Source of the DNA: Tubiluchus corallicola
Lineage: Eukaryota > Animalia > Priapulida
Reading direction: 5' to 3'
DNA: 64,000 bases
Assembly (NCBI GenBank): GCA_030141605.1
Contig: JAQGDQ010000211.1
Location: 84,885-148,884 of the forward strand
Positions within the stretch are counted from its first letter, which is position 1; each line of letters opens with the position of its first letter. Below the pieces are notes generated by a model. It searched no databases and had not been told where the DNA came from. It saw nothing but the letters and a program-made list of their open reading frames with translations. The translations under genes and the position numbers were made by a program. This document shows positions 61,130 to 64,000 of this stretch, piece by piece.

Positions 61130-61525
61130 AACTTTTTCATAATGACTCCAGCGATTGATGATGATCGTGAAAAGGTCAAAGGTTAAGTGTGCCAGAAAAC
61201 CCATATGTGTACACTTGACAACGCCTCACAGCCCATGCTATTGTAATAGTAACAGTTTTAACAGCTAGCTAGAACCTTACCTAGTTTATTTTTTCTTGTT
61301 CCCAAGCAAGATCCTGCTAGTAAATCACTCTCTGCACAGAATGCAGTCTAGGCATAATTAAGTAAAGTCCACGTAAAACAACTGAAACTACTGAACTGGT
61401 GCAGCAGACGGCTTTGCTTTACTCACATGTCACGTGACGGTTGTACTTAAGATGCATTGTTGCGGTACACTTAACTTTTGACTTACAGCAACTGCGAGTG
61501 CGCACAACGAAACAGTGAAAAGGCT
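61130..61525. mobile_element. MITE family F copy
   Basis: Colinear with 4424-4790. Confidence 0.55.
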
Positions 61526-62374
61526 TGTTGTGAGATGTTACTAATTTGTGCGATGATCAGTAGTCTAGGACAGCGTGATGTGGAGAATGCTTCTTGACAT
61601 AATACTTTCACCAATTTGATGTCAGTTTAATTTCAAAACGGAATTCCATGTTAGTAATTGTGTTCCCGCGTCTATTAATGATGTCATTCGTTTGAGTCTT
61701 CAAAGCATTGTAAGCTATTGTAATAGTAATTGCTGTTGTAATAACAACAATTCAGATTAGATGTTTCCTGTTCCCGAGGAAGATGCTGCTAGCAAGACAG
61801 GAGATGAGTAATTGTAAACCACCACTCACACTATTAAAATTGAAGCCCCAGTGGACTTAATTCAATTCTCTTCTGTCTTCAGCCTCTTCAATCTTACTGA
61901 ACTGATGCGGCAGGCGGCTTTGCTTTACCCACATGTCAGGTGATTGTTGTAGTTGAGATGCGTTTTAACCTATAGCAACTGAGCGTGCGCGTAGCGAAAC
62001 TGCAAAAAACTTACTGGCAGGAGCTACTGCTGTTTTAACCCAATTTTTTATTTTTTGTGTTCATTCTTGTCCTAGGAGATCTAGAATTTAAAAGAAATAT
62101 TTTTTTTAAATTCGGTACTATTAAATTCTATTTGCACCACTAAATTTATTTTAAAAACAAAATTCCTTAGCTTTCCATTCTATATAGAGTGATTTGACAG
62201 ACATTTAGTTTTGTCTCCGCAAGATGGCAGCACGAGATTAGGCATCAAACCCAGGTTTTTGCTGTTTCCAATAGCACATTTTAGATTTAGTATTCTGCAC
62301 TGTTGTGCACCTATATGTAGAAATGTAAAAAAATAATTACATTTTCATCTAAAATGCTTTTATTAAAATAGAGG

Positions 62375-62414
<40 letters not shown>

Positions 62415-63559
62415 GGACGGAGGGAGAGAGTGATACTGGTGTTGTAATACAAACGTCCCTGGTTCGAATCTGAGTTCAGGAAAAGTTTTTCACATTTGTG
62501 GTTATGTAAGTCTTTGAGCTAAATTTTTATAAGCTCCTTGTCTGAGCTAACACAAAAGTCCCTGGTTCGAATCAAAGTTCAGGATGAACTTTTTCATATT
62601 TGTGGTTTGCGAACTTCATCACTGAGTTAATGATGAGAATGGCTTCTTTTTGACAGCCCTCTTCTTTTTTCAATGTGTTTTACTTCTCAGTCTTCTACGT
62701 CTAATTTGCGTACGCAGAAAGTTCAAGCAGAGGTAAGGTAATTTTCTCATTTCATGATGCAAAACCATGAATGTCTGTTAGTCGAGCCGTCAAATTACAG
62801 AAAAGCATTATTTTTCCATCATCCTAACCAAAGCAATTCAAGTAATTATTACGAAATCTAATATTTCGAAATCTAACTGATAGATTTGGCTCGGATAACC
62901 ATTAAGAGGTACTAATTTCAGCTGGTGATTCCCCCTCCCCCCCCCCCCCCGTGAAATAATCTTGAAAGTATCACTAAGATGCGATGCGTCGCTGGCTCAA
63001 TACTCTGATTAAATATTCATTGTTGTAGGCAGATAATATGCGGGGTAATATGATAATCTGTCGTGACATTTGTACTACCTTAAATATTGCAAGCGTAAGT
63101 AAGTTTAGTTAGAATTAGCTGTGGTCCTCTTCGTATGAGCTAGTTTTAGAAGTTTTAGCTTTCAGTTTATTACTTAAGCAGGGAAATGTTAAGGAATTTT
63201 TGTACAAAATTGGACAGGCTCCTAATAATAGCACATGTAACTGCTTATTAAGACAGTGTGTCAGTGATATAAAATTGCAAGACGAAATTTTTAAGCTTTA
63301 TTTAGGAAGTGTTCTCTTGTCTTTTAAGTTAGACATTTGGCCTGCTGTACCGTAATATATTCAGCAAGTTGGTCTAAAATTGAAAATTTGAAGGCAATAG
63401 TATGCAGATACAGCCAGAAAGTTAAAAAATTAAGTTTTGTACAGCAAATTTAACACATTAATCAAAATGTGGACAAATAGATGTCGCCACAAGTACCAAT
63501 GTACAAACACCAGTATTAACCCGATAAGTTTTTAATACGCCCATGCAATTCTCTGTCTC

Positions 63560-64000
63560 TTTGGGCAGGAGAAAATTAGAAGTTTTAGCTTTCAGTTTAT
63601 TACTTAAGCAGGAAAATTTTAAGGAATTTTTGTACAAATTTGGGCAGGCTCCCAATAGCACATGTAACTGCATATTAAGCCCTCAATCTGTACATCATTT
63701 ATTATTTGAATGTACATTAGTAAACCAAGGCAAAAGAAATGATTTTATTAGCCCTCTGCCTACGTTAGATTCGGACTATGTTTTCTCTAGCCGGGATAAT
63801 AATGCTATAAATGCTTTTGCAAATCTTATCTCGGATGAATTCCTATCGTCTTTCGCGCGTATATAAACAGTCTGTTGGTGATGAAATTTTACAACTCTCG
63901 TCGTGTTTTCTATATGCTGTTTTGTTTTTATTTATGATTATGTGAATTTGCATTAGAATTGGTAATTATGTTTATTGTAATTGTACTCGCTGTTTTTCAT
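63560..64000 (+). mobile_element. I/R1-group LINE 3' end (CCHC zinc knuckle plus 3' UTR)
   Basis: FKEFLYKFGQAPNSTCNCILSPQSVHHLLFEC. The downstream tail is repeated at ~51435-51840, and there is a partial duplicate at ~63145-63250. Confidence 0.65.

Noticed and set aside
62880-63050. Candidate last RBM42 exon
   Set aside because: The acceptors here do not yield the expected KYVGSRPIKLRKS continuation; one hits an immediate stop.

Overview
Eukaryotic (metazoan invertebrate, AT-rich) genomic DNA with spliceosomal introns, not a prokaryotic locus. Five genes can be reconstructed by hand. (1) A multi-exon TAF1C-like gene (RNA polymerase I SL1 subunit) on the minus strand, CDS about 27552 to 4053, plus a second, diverged but frame- and splice-site-intact copy of one of its internal exons at 594-716. 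(2) An intron-containing histone H2A.X gene ending in SQDY, head-to-head with TAF1C. (3, 4) Two tandem minus-strand genes for secreted Gly/Tyr-rich structural proteins; one is a 467-aa Asp/Tyr-acidic plus (GFGGGPGY)n block protein that the ORF track largely misses. (5) RBM42 on the plus strand, running off the window end, whose putative first coding exon lies inside a 9-bp-TSD MULE-like MITE. The rest is a dense mix of MITEs (Tc1/mariner-pogo, hAT, Kolobok-like, Harbinger-like, Helitron-like), LINE 3' fragments, tRNA/5S-derived SINE remnants, two ~3-kb minisatellites and a 751-bp assembly gap. Homology calls come from remembered family motifs, not database searches.
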